Positions 8,715-17,154 of a stretch of 64,000 bases of DNA are shown one piece after another (the first letter of the stretch is position 1; each line of letters opens with the position of its first letter). Source of the DNA: an uncultured Bacteroidales bacterium (lineage in GTDB: Bacteria; Bacteroidota; Bacteroidia; Bacteroidales; Bacteroidaceae). The position numbers were made by a program, and so were the translations under genes. The notes below the pieces were generated by a model, which saw nothing but the letters and a program-made list of their open reading frames with translations, was not told the DNA's origin and searched no databases. The DNA is taken from positions 8,781-72,780 of the forward strand of contig CALKIW010000120.1 in the NCBI GenBank assembly GCA_937995875.1. The letters run 5' to 3'.

Positions 8715-9818
8715 ATGAAAGATATAAAAAAAATAGTTCTTACCGGCGGCCCATGTGCGGGAAAGACTACCGCGCTGGTAAAGATCATAGAGCATTTTTC
8801 AAGTCTCGGATTCAAGGTTTTCACCATCCCTGAAGTGCCCACGCTCTTTTTACAGTCTGGTATGGACTATCTTACGCCCAACCTTAACTTCTTCTACGAA
8901 GGAGAGAAAGCTACACTTGAAATCCAGCTTCAGCTTGAAGACAAGTTTATGAAGATGGCCGAGCAGGTGGAAGAACCTGCTGTAGTGGTGTGCGATCGCG
9001 GCTCTATGGATATTTCGGCTTATCTCAAACCGGAGATGTGGAAAGAGATAACCGGTCGAGTGGGCATCACACCGCAGCAGCTCATCGACCGCTACGATGC
9101 AGTGTTACATCTGGTTTCGGCAGCCGATGGTGCGGAGCAATTCTACACCACGAGCACCAATGCACACCGTCAGGAACAGAAAAACGAAGAAGGATTGCGC
9201 ATTGCTCGCGAACTCGATAAGAAGGTAATCCATGCTTGGAGCAGTCATCCGCATTTGCGGGTAATCAACAACCACGACGATTTCGACACTAAACTCAACC
9301 GTGTGTTGAGGGAAATTTCGAACGTGCTCGGCCTTCCTCAGCCCATCACAGAGGAGCGTAAATACGTCGTTGAGGTTGTGGGCGAAGTGCCGTCGGCCAT
9401 CGACAGCGATATTCTTCAGACCTATCTGGTTTCAGATCCCGATAGTGAAGTGAGGCTGCGTAGGCGCAGTTGGGCCAATGGAAATCAAGTCAATGTTCAC
9501 ACCATAAAGAAGACTATCAACGGGAAGGAGCAGGTGGAGACCGAGCGACAAGTGAGCAATGCGCTTTACGAATCGTTGTTGTCGCAGGCTGATCCCTATC
9601 GCAGGCCAATCCGAAAAAAGCGTTGCAGCTTCATCTGGAAAGGACAATATTTCGAACTCGACAGTTATCTCGACCAGCTGGAGGGAACGGTTATCTTGGA
9701 AACTAAAGGCATCGACAGCACCGAAGATGTGAATTTCCCACCGTTTATCAAGGTTGTGAAAGACATCACGGGCAACCGTAACTATTATAATTATAACTTG
9801 GCATTGAGAAAAGCATAG
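8715..9818 (+). CDS. P-loop NTPase (AAA_28/NadR-kinase-like) fused to a C-terminal CYTH (triphosphate tunnel) domain
   Basis: The N-terminal part has a Walker A (LTGGPCAGKTT) and a VVCDRG Walker-B-like block. The C-terminal part has CYTH signatures: EERKYVVE (ExExK-like), VRLRRR and ILETKG. Confidence 0.65.
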   Translation: MKDIKKIVLTGGPCAGKTTALVKIIEHFSSLGFKVFTIPEVPTLFLQSGMDYLTPNLNFFYEGEKATLEIQLQLEDKFMKMAEQVEEPAVVVCDRGSMDISAYLKPEMWKEITGRVGITPQQLIDRYDAVLHLVSAADGAEQFYTTSTNAHRQEQKNEEGLRIARELDKKVIHAWSSHPHLRVINNHDDFDTKLNRVLREISNVLGLPQPITEERKYVVEVVGEVPSAIDSDILQTYLVSDPDSEVRLRRRSWANGNQVNVHTIKKTINGKEQVETERQVSNALYESLLSQADPYRRPIRKKRCSFIWKGQYFELDSYLDQLEGTVILETKGIDSTEDVNFPPFIKVVKDITGNRNYYNYNLALRKA

Positions 9819-9819
9819 T

Positions 9820-10467
9820 ATGCACATCGTAATAGCAGGAAATATCGGAAGTGGCAAGACCACGCTCACCAAAATGCTCGTGCGTCATTACGGCTGGGAG
9901 CCACGTATGGAGAGCGTGATAGAGAATCCTTATTTGAAAGACTATTATAGCGACATGGAGCGATGGTCTCTCAATTTAGAGGTGTATTTCCTGAAAGAAC
10001 GCTTCCGCGATCTCCTTGACATCGCTAAGGCCAAGACCACTATCGTACAAGACCGCTCTATCTTTGAGGGTGTGTATATATTCGCAGCCAACAACCATGA
10101 CATGGGAAACATGAGCGATCGAGACTTCAATACCTATATGGGATTGTTCGATTCGATGATGATGATCGCCCGGAAACCGGATCTGATGGTGTATTTGCGG
10201 TCTTCGGTGCCACACTTAGTGGACCACATCCACAAGCGGGGGCGAGACTATGAACAGAATATCCAGCTCGACTATCTGAACAATCTCAACACCCGTTATG
10301 AAGACTTTATCAACAATAAATATAAAGGACGCGTGCTCACCATTGATGCAGACAATCTCGATTTCCTCTATTCGAGAGCCGATTTTGCCTTTATCATTAA
10401 GCAGATAGATGCACAGCTGGCTGACATACAGAATATTGACAATTCGCTGTTTAGCACAGTCCGATAA
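9820..10467 (+). CDS. Deoxynucleoside kinase (dNK family), paralog 1
   Basis: Carries IAGNIGSGKTTLTKML (P-loop), QDRSIFE and a RSS..P..HIHKRGRDYEQ lid. The ATG lies 1 nt after the upstream stop. Confidence 0.85.
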   Translation: MHIVIAGNIGSGKTTLTKMLVRHYGWEPRMESVIENPYLKDYYSDMERWSLNLEVYFLKERFRDLLDIAKAKTTIVQDRSIFEGVYIFAANNHDMGNMSDRDFNTYMGLFDSMMMIARKPDLMVYLRSSVPHLVDHIHKRGRDYEQNIQLDYLNNLNTRYEDFINNKYKGRVLTIDADNLDFLYSRADFAFIIKQIDAQLADIQNIDNSLFSTVR

Positions 10468-10507
10468 CGCTTTTATTACTAATTCTCCATCATCTAACAT
10501 ATCAATC

Positions 10508-11134
10508 ATGCACATTGCAATCGCAGGAAACATCGGAAGTGGTAAGACTACACTCACCAAAATGCTGGCCAACCGCTATGGATGGATACCCAGATTTGAG
10601 CCGGTAGACAACAACCCCTATCTCGACGACTTCTATAAGGACATGAATCGGTGGTCGTTCAATCTACAAGTTTATTTTCTCAATAAGCGTTTCAAGGAGG
10701 TAGTGGACATTGCCAACAGTCCGGAAACATTCATCCAAGACCGTACCATCTTCGAGGATGCACGCATCTTTGCCCCCAATCTTCATGAGCAGGGCTATAT
10801 GAGCGACCGTGACTTTGCCAACTATTCAGACTTATTCGACTTGATGATGTCGCTTGTGAAGTTGCCGCAACTGATGATTTATATCCGCTCGTCTATTCCA
10901 ACCCTTGTGGAGCATATTGAAAAGCGAGGACGCTCCTTTGAGCAAAGCATTCGCATTGATTATCTCACAGGATTGCAGAAACGCTATGAAGACTGGATAG
11001 CAGGCTATAAAGGCGATCTGATCATTATCGACGGCGACAATCTCAGTTTTGAGGACACGCCCGAAGACTTCCGTAAGGTGACCGACATGATTGATGCCAG
11101 CCTCTACGGACTCTTTCCTATGGACGACAAATAG
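10508..11134 (+). CDS. Deoxynucleoside kinase (dNK family), paralog 2
   Basis: Co-linear with paralog 1 (IAGNIGSGKTTLTKML, QDRTIFE, MSDRDF, RSSIP..HIEKRGRSFEQ). The start was set at MHIAIAG (10508), not the track ORF start 10409. Confidence 0.85.
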   Translation: MHIAIAGNIGSGKTTLTKMLANRYGWIPRFEPVDNNPYLDDFYKDMNRWSFNLQVYFLNKRFKEVVDIANSPETFIQDRTIFEDARIFAPNLHEQGYMSDRDFANYSDLFDLMMSLVKLPQLMIYIRSSIPTLVEHIEKRGRSFEQSIRIDYLTGLQKRYEDWIAGYKGDLIIIDGDNLSFEDTPEDFRKVTDMIDASLYGLFPMDDK

Positions 11135-11278
11135 AAATGGGATAAAGTCTCCCTACAGAAACCTTCGCCGCTTCCCTGACGTAGCATCGGAATGTCGCTC
11201 CCATCCTGTTGCCCTTTTATTGAAGCGTGTTGTTTGGACGACAGTATTATTATCACAAGACATAAAAACACAAGAATC

Positions 11279-12448
11279 ATGACGGAAACAAAGGAAATCA
11301 AGACCCCAAGCATCAATCTCCTGATGACGGGAAAAGACGCGGGCCGTGACGTGATGGTCATCGGACTGAAAGAATCCTATCGCGACAAGCTGCAATATCA
11401 GCGTTCGCTGAAGCGGGAGTATGCTCAGTGTCGTGAGTTAAAACACCCCAACATCTTGGAGATAATCGAAGAAAGAGACGACGATCAATACGGACTTTGC
11501 CTTGTGATGGAATGGGAATCGGCCCGAACATTGACCGAATATATACAGGAATCTCATAGCGAGGAAGAAAAAAAGAGCATTATCCGTCAGCTTGCCGATG
11601 CGCTGAGTTTCCTGCATCAGAATGGAAGGGTGCATGGAGCCCTTAATCCCGACTGTATCTTTGTTACCCATCAGGGCGACCGTGTGAAGCTGCTCAACTT
11701 CCGCATACGCTATGCCGACCAGATGCACGAGCCTATTGCTTCCTTGAAATTTCGTGCGCCGGAGGCCAAAGACGGTACGGTGGCACTCGATGCCCGCACA
11801 GATGTGTTTTCTTTGGGAATGATTTTAAAGGAGATGGGCTTTGGGAGTGATTACGAAGAAGTTGTCTCTGTCAGCAGCAACTTTGCCCGAAACGACCGCT
11901 ATCCGGACGTAGAGACCTTTCTCGATGCGTTTGAACATCGCCGCTATACACGCAGAAGCAGTGGTAGTGATGGTGGAAACGGTGCTGGCAACAAGCGTGC
12001 GGCCATGCTCATCGCAACCATCGTGGGGCTTGTTGTGGTTGCCGCGCTGTTGTATTTCAACAGAAACAGTGGTGTCCCGGAAGCCGAACAGCCTGTGGCT
12101 GAAATGGTGGATTCTACACAAACCGATGCCATACAGGAGAACAATGCAGCCGAACAAACCAGTCAATCGGCAGCAAATGACCAACCGCAGGACACGAATT
12201 CAAAATCGGCAACTGTGAGTGGGAATTATTCGGACGACCTTGCATTCCTCAACGAATTGGTGCCACAGATGCACATCGACCTTGATAAAATCTATGCTTC
12301 GGGTGGCGACAACGCAGCTATCCATGCTAAAGTGGCAAGGTATTACAGGGGATTGAGAAAGGCGTTGGGCAATAAGACCGATGCCCAGTTTGCCGCTTAC
12401 GACAAGGAGTTTGCAGATTATGTAAACAAGAAAAATGCCGGGCAATAA
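11279..12448 (+). CDS. Membrane-anchored Hanks-type protein-kinase-like protein, predicted pseudokinase
   Basis: The kinase scaffold is retained (IGLK, E in REYAQCRELKHPNIL, FRAPEA, DVFSLGMIL). HRDLKPxN is replaced by HGALNPDC and DFG by NFR. A single TM follows (AAMLIATIVGLVVVAALLYF), then a low-complexity linker and a C-terminal domain. The start was set at MTETK (11279). Confidence 0.6.
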   Translation: MTETKEIKTPSINLLMTGKDAGRDVMVIGLKESYRDKLQYQRSLKREYAQCRELKHPNILEIIEERDDDQYGLCLVMEWESARTLTEYIQESHSEEEKKSIIRQLADALSFLHQNGRVHGALNPDCIFVTHQGDRVKLLNFRIRYADQMHEPIASLKFRAPEAKDGTVALDARTDVFSLGMILKEMGFGSDYEEVVSVSSNFARNDRYPDVETFLDAFEHRRYTRRSSGSDGGNGAGNKRAAMLIATIVGLVVVAALLYFNRNSGVPEAEQPVAEMVDSTQTDAIQENNAAEQTSQSAANDQPQDTNSKSATVSGNYSDDLAFLNELVPQMHIDLDKIYASGGDNAAIHAKVARYYRGLRKALGNKTDAQFAAYDKEFADYVNKKNAGQ

Positions 12449-12491
12449 TCCTTGTCGTTCTAACTTGTCATCCTATTTTTGTTTTTCATCT

Positions 12492-14978
12492 ATGAACTTA
12501 CCCCGTTTGTTCATCGTCTTGGCCGTTTTGGTCATGCAATATGCCGTTCCCCTCTCGGCTCAAATCGAGCAACCGGAAGGCCGCAGGCTCACAAATATCG
12601 CAGTAGGACTTAATCAGCAGCGCGATTCTGCTTTGTACAGCAAGTTCAACATAGGGCTTCTGTCTGAGGTCGATACGCTACGGGGAATGCAGTTAGGACT
12701 GTTTTACGGTGGAATTCGTGGCGATGCACGCGGGTTTATGCTTGCCGGCGTGACCAATGCAACCCATGCCATGCAAGGCGTGCAGCTCAGCGGATTCAGC
12801 AATTCGGTGTTCACCCCGATGCGTGGCCTGCAAATTAGTGGGCTTAACAATATCGCTATGGGGGTGAAGAAAGGCATGCAGTTATCGATGGCGGCAAATA
12901 TCAGCTCTGGTTATATGCGTGGTATTCAGTTGGCGACCTACAACTATGCCGACACGCTCAACGGCTCACAGATAGGAGTTTTTAATGCGGCGCTGAGCCA
13001 TCCTAAGGGTGTTCAGATTGGTATAATCAATTATACCAGAGACACCATTGCCAACAAGATAGGACTGATCAACATAAACCCCAAGACGCGCATTGACCTG
13101 CTCACGTTCGCCGGAAACTCTTCCAAGCTCAATATGGCACTTCGTTTCCGCAACCGCAGCACATACAACATCTTTGGAGTGGGTACACACTATATGGGGT
13201 TCGACGAAGATTTCTCCGGCTCTATCTATTATCGCATAGGTCAATATTTCAGGTTATCACCCCGATGGTCTGTCAGTGGCGACTTGGGTTTTCATCATGT
13301 AGAGACGTTTAAGAAAAACTCCGCCGACGGCCCCAAACGTCTGTATTCCCTACAGGGGCTTCTCAATGTCGATTATCAAATCAACCCTACAGTGGGAGCC
13401 TTTGTGTCTGCCGGCTATGGAACGACACGTTTTTATGGCTCTCACCATAATTACAGAACACGCCCAATCTTGCAGGCAGGACTGAGCTTCAGGTATCACC
13501 ACAATATTCGGAAGGAGCAGCTGTGGCAGGCAGAACGCGAGCGCGACATGGAATACTATTTGGCTAAGCTGAGCGAAACTCCCGACAGCCAACTCTACCG
13601 TTTCACCGATTCCGACTATAGAGAGCGGCGGTGGTGGCGTGCGGCCGGACTGACAACGGGCATCAATCTTCTGGTGCATGGTTTCGATCGGTATGTGTTG
13701 AACGAAGACTTTGCCAAGGTGCATTTTAAAGACATTGGACATAACTTCCGCCATGCCTTCGTTTGGGATAACGACCAGTTCTCTACCAATCTTTTTGCGC
13801 ATCCCTATCATGGCAGTCTCTACTTCAATGCCGCCCGAAGTAACGGACTCAACTTCTGGCAGAGCACACCCTACGCGCTTGGCGGAAGTTTGATGTGGGA
13901 ATTTTTTGGCGAAGTGGAGCCTCCGGCCATCAACGACGTCTTTGCGACTACGTTTGGCGGTATAGCACTCGGAGAGGTGACGCATCGCATTTCCGCCCTG
14001 ATCCTGAACGACCGCAGTCGGGGATTTCGCCGCTTCCTGCGCGAGGCGGCAGCAACGCTCGTCGATCCGATGCGCGGACTCACACGTATGATAGACGGCG
14101 ATGCATGGGATGTTCGCGAGAACAAATATCTCTATCATGATTTCAGTCGCATTCCCGTTGAGTTCACCATGGCGTTGGGCAGTAGGTATTTGGCCGACGA
14201 CGGCGCACTCTTTCGGGGAGAAGGTCAGCCCTATCTCACGTTCAGTCTGGAATATGGAGATGCTTTTGAGGAGGAGAATACAAAACCCTACGACTATTTC
14301 ACGTTAAATGCCACGTTCGGTTTTACGGGCAACCAGCCACTGTTCAATTCCATCCACCTCATGGGCCGTTTATGGAGCAGCGTCGTGTATAGCGGGAAAC
14401 AGGGGCAGACGCTCATCGGACTATTCCAGCATTTCAATTATTACGATTCCGAGCCGGTGAAAAACGGCAGCGACATCACGCCTTATCGCATTTCGGAGGC
14501 GGCTGCTTTCGGACCGGGCATTATTTGGCAGTTCCCTCATGTTAGCAATCTTTCGCGTCTGGAACATCGCATATTTGCCGACTTGATATTGCTGGGAGGC
14601 ACCAAAAGCGATTATTACAACATCATCGATCGCGACTACAATATGGGGTCGGGATTTAGTTTCAAGTCGAACACGTTGATGCAGTTTCCCCATTTGGGAC
14701 GCTTTGCGCTCAACATAGACTATTACAGCATCTTTACGTGGAAGGGCTACGAGGGCAAAGATCTGGCCACGATCGACCCCCTGTATCTCAATGCGCAGGG
14801 TGATCGCGGCAGCGCTTCACTGTTGGTCATCAACCCCAACTTCTTGTTTCACTTGAAAAACAACTTCGGTATAGAGCTTTCTGCCAATTACTATGCCCGC
14901 CACACACGTTACAAATATCACAACAATGTGCGTGCCCGAACGTTCGAGGTGAGGGGCGGACTGGTATATCGTTTCTAA
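12492..14978 (+). CDS. Large secreted/envelope protein with N-terminal GxQ(L/I) 14-16-aa repeats and a DUF3943-like region
   Basis: Has a signal peptide (MNLPRLFIVLAVLVMQYAVPLSAQ) and about 9-10 tandem units (GVQLSGFSN, GLQISGLNN, GMQLSMAAN, GIQLATYNY, GSQIGVFNA, GVQIGIINY ...). The later HPYHGSLYFNAARSNG...MWEFFGEVEPPAINDV block is DUF3943-like from memory. The C-terminus is aromatic (GGLVYRF). Confidence 0.55.
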   Translation: MNLPRLFIVLAVLVMQYAVPLSAQIEQPEGRRLTNIAVGLNQQRDSALYSKFNIGLLSEVDTLRGMQLGLFYGGIRGDARGFMLAGVTNATHAMQGVQLSGFSNSVFTPMRGLQISGLNNIAMGVKKGMQLSMAANISSGYMRGIQLATYNYADTLNGSQIGVFNAALSHPKGVQIGIINYTRDTIANKIGLININPKTRIDLLTFAGNSSKLNMALRFRNRSTYNIFGVGTHYMGFDEDFSGSIYYRIGQYFRLSPRWSVSGDLGFHHVETFKKNSADGPKRLYSLQGLLNVDYQINPTVGAFVSAGYGTTRFYGSHHNYRTRPILQAGLSFRYHHNIRKEQLWQAERERDMEYYLAKLSETPDSQLYRFTDSDYRERRWWRAAGLTTGINLLVHGFDRYVLNEDFAKVHFKDIGHNFRHAFVWDNDQFSTNLFAHPYHGSLYFNAARSNGLNFWQSTPYALGGSLMWEFFGEVEPPAINDVFATTFGGIALGEVTHRISALILNDRSRGFRRFLREAAATLVDPMRGLTRMIDGDAWDVRENKYLYHDFSRIPVEFTMALGSRYLADDGALFRGEGQPYLTFSLEYGDAFEEENTKPYDYFTLNATFGFTGNQPLFNSIHLMGRLWSSVVYSGKQGQTLIGLFQHFNYYDSEPVKNGSDITPYRISEAAAFGPGIIWQFPHVSNLSRLEHRIFADLILLGGTKSDYYNIIDRDYNMGSGFSFKSNTLMQFPHLGRFALNIDYYSIFTWKGYEGKDLATIDPLYLNAQGDRGSASLLVINPNFLFHLKNNFGIELSANYYARHTRYKYHNNVRARTFEVRGGLVYRF

Positions 14979-15040
14979 AACGATGCAAGGTTTTGCCGTT
15001 TGTTTAATTTATAGGGTGAACCAAACTTTATATTGAAGCA

Positions 15041-15658
15041 ATGAAACAGCAACTCAAATCTTTCTTTTTGCTTACGGCGGCTGTGGTGATGTTTGCCTTG
15101 TTGTATTCCTGCCAGGATGACGATGACTAAAGACCTGTCATCGATCCGACGATACCATACGTCACTATGTCGGCCGACGGAGTGCCCGAAATTTTCAATC
15201 CGACTGGGATGAGCAGGGAACTTTTCAACGCTATCATTGTCGGGCGGGGATGGTATCATGAGGTGTCTCATGAAATCAAACCCGACGGAGTGGTGAATAT
15301 GACCGACTTCTATCATAACATGATCGGTATGTCTCCATCGCATTATTATTTTGATGCCGATTCGGTTACGGTGTTCAGTTATCATGATTCGCAGGGCTAC
15401 ATGAATGGTGGACGTGGCTTCGTGCGCAGTGCATATACATACAACGAGGCCGATCAGGGCATCTATGTGCAGGGTAGGCGGATATTGCAGATTAAACCCA
15501 TTGAGACGGAAAACTGCAAATATCTGATGACCGTCAAATGGACTGCCATGCGCTCAGATGATACGCGGGTATATACTCTGGATATTCTCAGACGTATGAC
15601 AGCTAAGGAGTTGGAAAAGACAAGGCGCACCTACAGCGCCAATTTTACAAAGCGATGA
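15041..15658 (+). pseudogene. Lipoprotein gene interrupted by an in-frame TAA at codon 30
   Basis: ATG 15041 encodes MKQQLKSFFLLTAAVVMFALLYSCQDDDD (lipobox LYSC), then TAA at 15128-15130. The same frame continues RPVIDPTIPYVTMSADG... into track ORF 15167..15658. Confidence 0.6.
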
Positions 15659-15735
15659 GATAAGCACCCCCCTTTTTAGAGGGCGCACAGCGGACAATGG
15701 GTGACAGTCTGCTTTATCGGTTATTTTTCTTGACT

Positions 15736-15768
15736 GTCTTGCTGACGACTGTGAATCGTCAGCAAGAC
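15736..15768. terminator. Perfect 13-bp hairpin downstream of the lipoprotein gene (possible terminator, no clear U-tract)
   Basis: gtcttgctgacga / tcgtcagcaagac with a 7-nt loop. Confidence 0.4.
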
Positions 15769-15961
15769 ACGGAAGGATGGTTTTGTGTCACCCGTGCTTT
15801 TGCTTTCTCATCTCTCCCGACCTCTTCCCGCCAATCCAGCTACGTTGCTTTGTAAACAAAACTTCACTTAGAAAGGTGTGTTCTATATTGGCAATCTGGC
15901 TCGAAAAGGGCTATGCTTTTGGTGCACGGACGAGAGAAAGGCTGAGGTGCATACCTTCACA

Positions 15962-16232
15962 GCGTTGCGGTTACTATGTTTTCGCCCCGCCGAAAGGCTT
16001 TAGCGGCAGTGCGGTTGAGGCTTAGTCAGGTTGCGGTTAGGGCTTCAACGCCTCGCCGTAAGGCTCTAACCGCACATGTGTTTGTTTGCAGACGCTTTGG
16101 GAATTGTGTGCTATGGTTGTAACCTGTTGATTTGAAGCGGTTTATAAATAACGCGAAATTTCGGCGTATTTGAAGCCAACTGCATTTTGTTTTCAAATCG
16201 GCGAAATTTGGAAGCAGTTTTGTTGATATTTC
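15962..16232 (+). repeat. Structured intergenic repeat element, copy B
   Basis: Has a REP-like array (tgcggttac, gctttagcggc, tgcggttgaggctt, and gcggttagggc...gctctaaccgc as a hairpin). This is followed by acgcgaaatttcggcgtatttgaag...ttttcaaatcggcgaaatttggaagcagttttgt. Confidence 0.7.
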
Positions 16233-16381
16233 GTACCATCCATTTTGCCGGCTCAATTGTATGTTTTGCTCATGTGCTTCGACTTGAGTTGTACTATTCA
16301 TTGCGTTTTTATAGTCTTAGCAATATACTGGATGTTTACTGTGGAGAGCGGATAGTGTTCCGAAATGACGGTTGAAATAAC

Positions 16382-16421
16382 AGAAGCGCAAGGTGAATAT
16401 GTGTTGTCACCTTGCGCTTCT
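16382..16421 (-). terminator. Terminator of the gnd-zwf-pgl transcription unit
   Basis: agaagcgcaaggtga / tcaccttgcgcttct forms a 15-bp stem 20 nt after the pgl stop. On the minus strand gttatttc follows. Confidence 0.65.
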
Positions 16422-16440
16422 TGCGTTCTGCTATATGGTT

Positions 16441-17154
16441 TTATGCTTGTTCAGCTGCGGCTTTGTCGGTAAAGACTTCCACCGTGTGGAGCGCATGATG
16501 CCCCACGTAGGCGGCCGGTCCGGCATCGTTTTGGTCGATGATGTCGGCTAAGACCTGAGCCTTACCCTTGCCGGTGAGCAGGAAGATGAGTAGTCGGGCG
16601 TGGATGATGGGCATCCCCGTGAGAGCAATGCGCTGCTGTCCGGTCTTGGGGTGAGTGCCCACCGCGTAGGCTTTGTCGGTGGTGAGCAGATGTTCCTGAC
16701 CGGGAAAGATAGATGAGGTGTGGCCATCGTCGCCGGCTCCCAAGAGCACGATGTCGAACTGAGGGAAGCCCTCCTCCTCTGGCACCATGCTGCGCACTTC
16801 TGTCTCATAGCGTCGGGCTTCGTCTTCGGGCGTGTTCTCACCCTTGATGCGCACGACGTTTTCTTTGGGAATGTTGATTTTGTTCAGCAGATTGTCGCGC
16901 GTCATGCCGTAGTTGCTTTCTTCGTCGGTGGGCGGCACACAGCGCTCGTCTACCCAGAACAAGCGGATGCGGTCCCAAGGCGTTTGGGCATCATATTGCT
17001 CAGCCCAAAGGCGGAACATCAGTGCGGGCGTGCTGCCCCCGCTGAGCGCAATGTTCACTGTTTGCCCGGCAGGCCGTTCGTTCGTTACTTGCAGTATGCG
17101 CTCAATCAGTGCGCACGCGGCTTCGGCGTCGGTGTTGTGGATACGGGTAATCAT
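16441..17154 (-). CDS. pgl: 6-phosphogluconolactonase
   Basis: Carries the LSGGSTP and GDDGHTSSIFPG motifs. The start was set at MITRIH (17154), which overlaps the zwf stop as ATGA. The longer track ORF (to 17385) overlaps zwf. Confidence 0.88.
   Translation of the reverse strand: MITRIHNTDAEAACALIERILQVTNERPAGQTVNIALSGGSTPALMFRLWAEQYDAQTPWDRIRLFWVDERCVPPTDEESNYGMTRDNLLNKINIPKENVVRIKGENTPEDEARRYETEVRSMVPEEEGFPQFDIVLLGAGDDGHTSSIFPGQEHLLTTDKAYAVGTHPKTGQQRIALTGMPIIHARLLIFLLTGKGKAQVLADIIDQNDAGPAAYVGHHALHTVEVFTDKAAAEQA

Noticed and set aside
15167-15658. Treating track ORF 15167..15658 as an independent intact 163-aa gene.
   Set aside because: The upstream sequence is in the same frame, open back to a single TAA, and preceded by a perfect lipoprotein signal peptide. 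The simplest reading is one gene with a nonsense codon.
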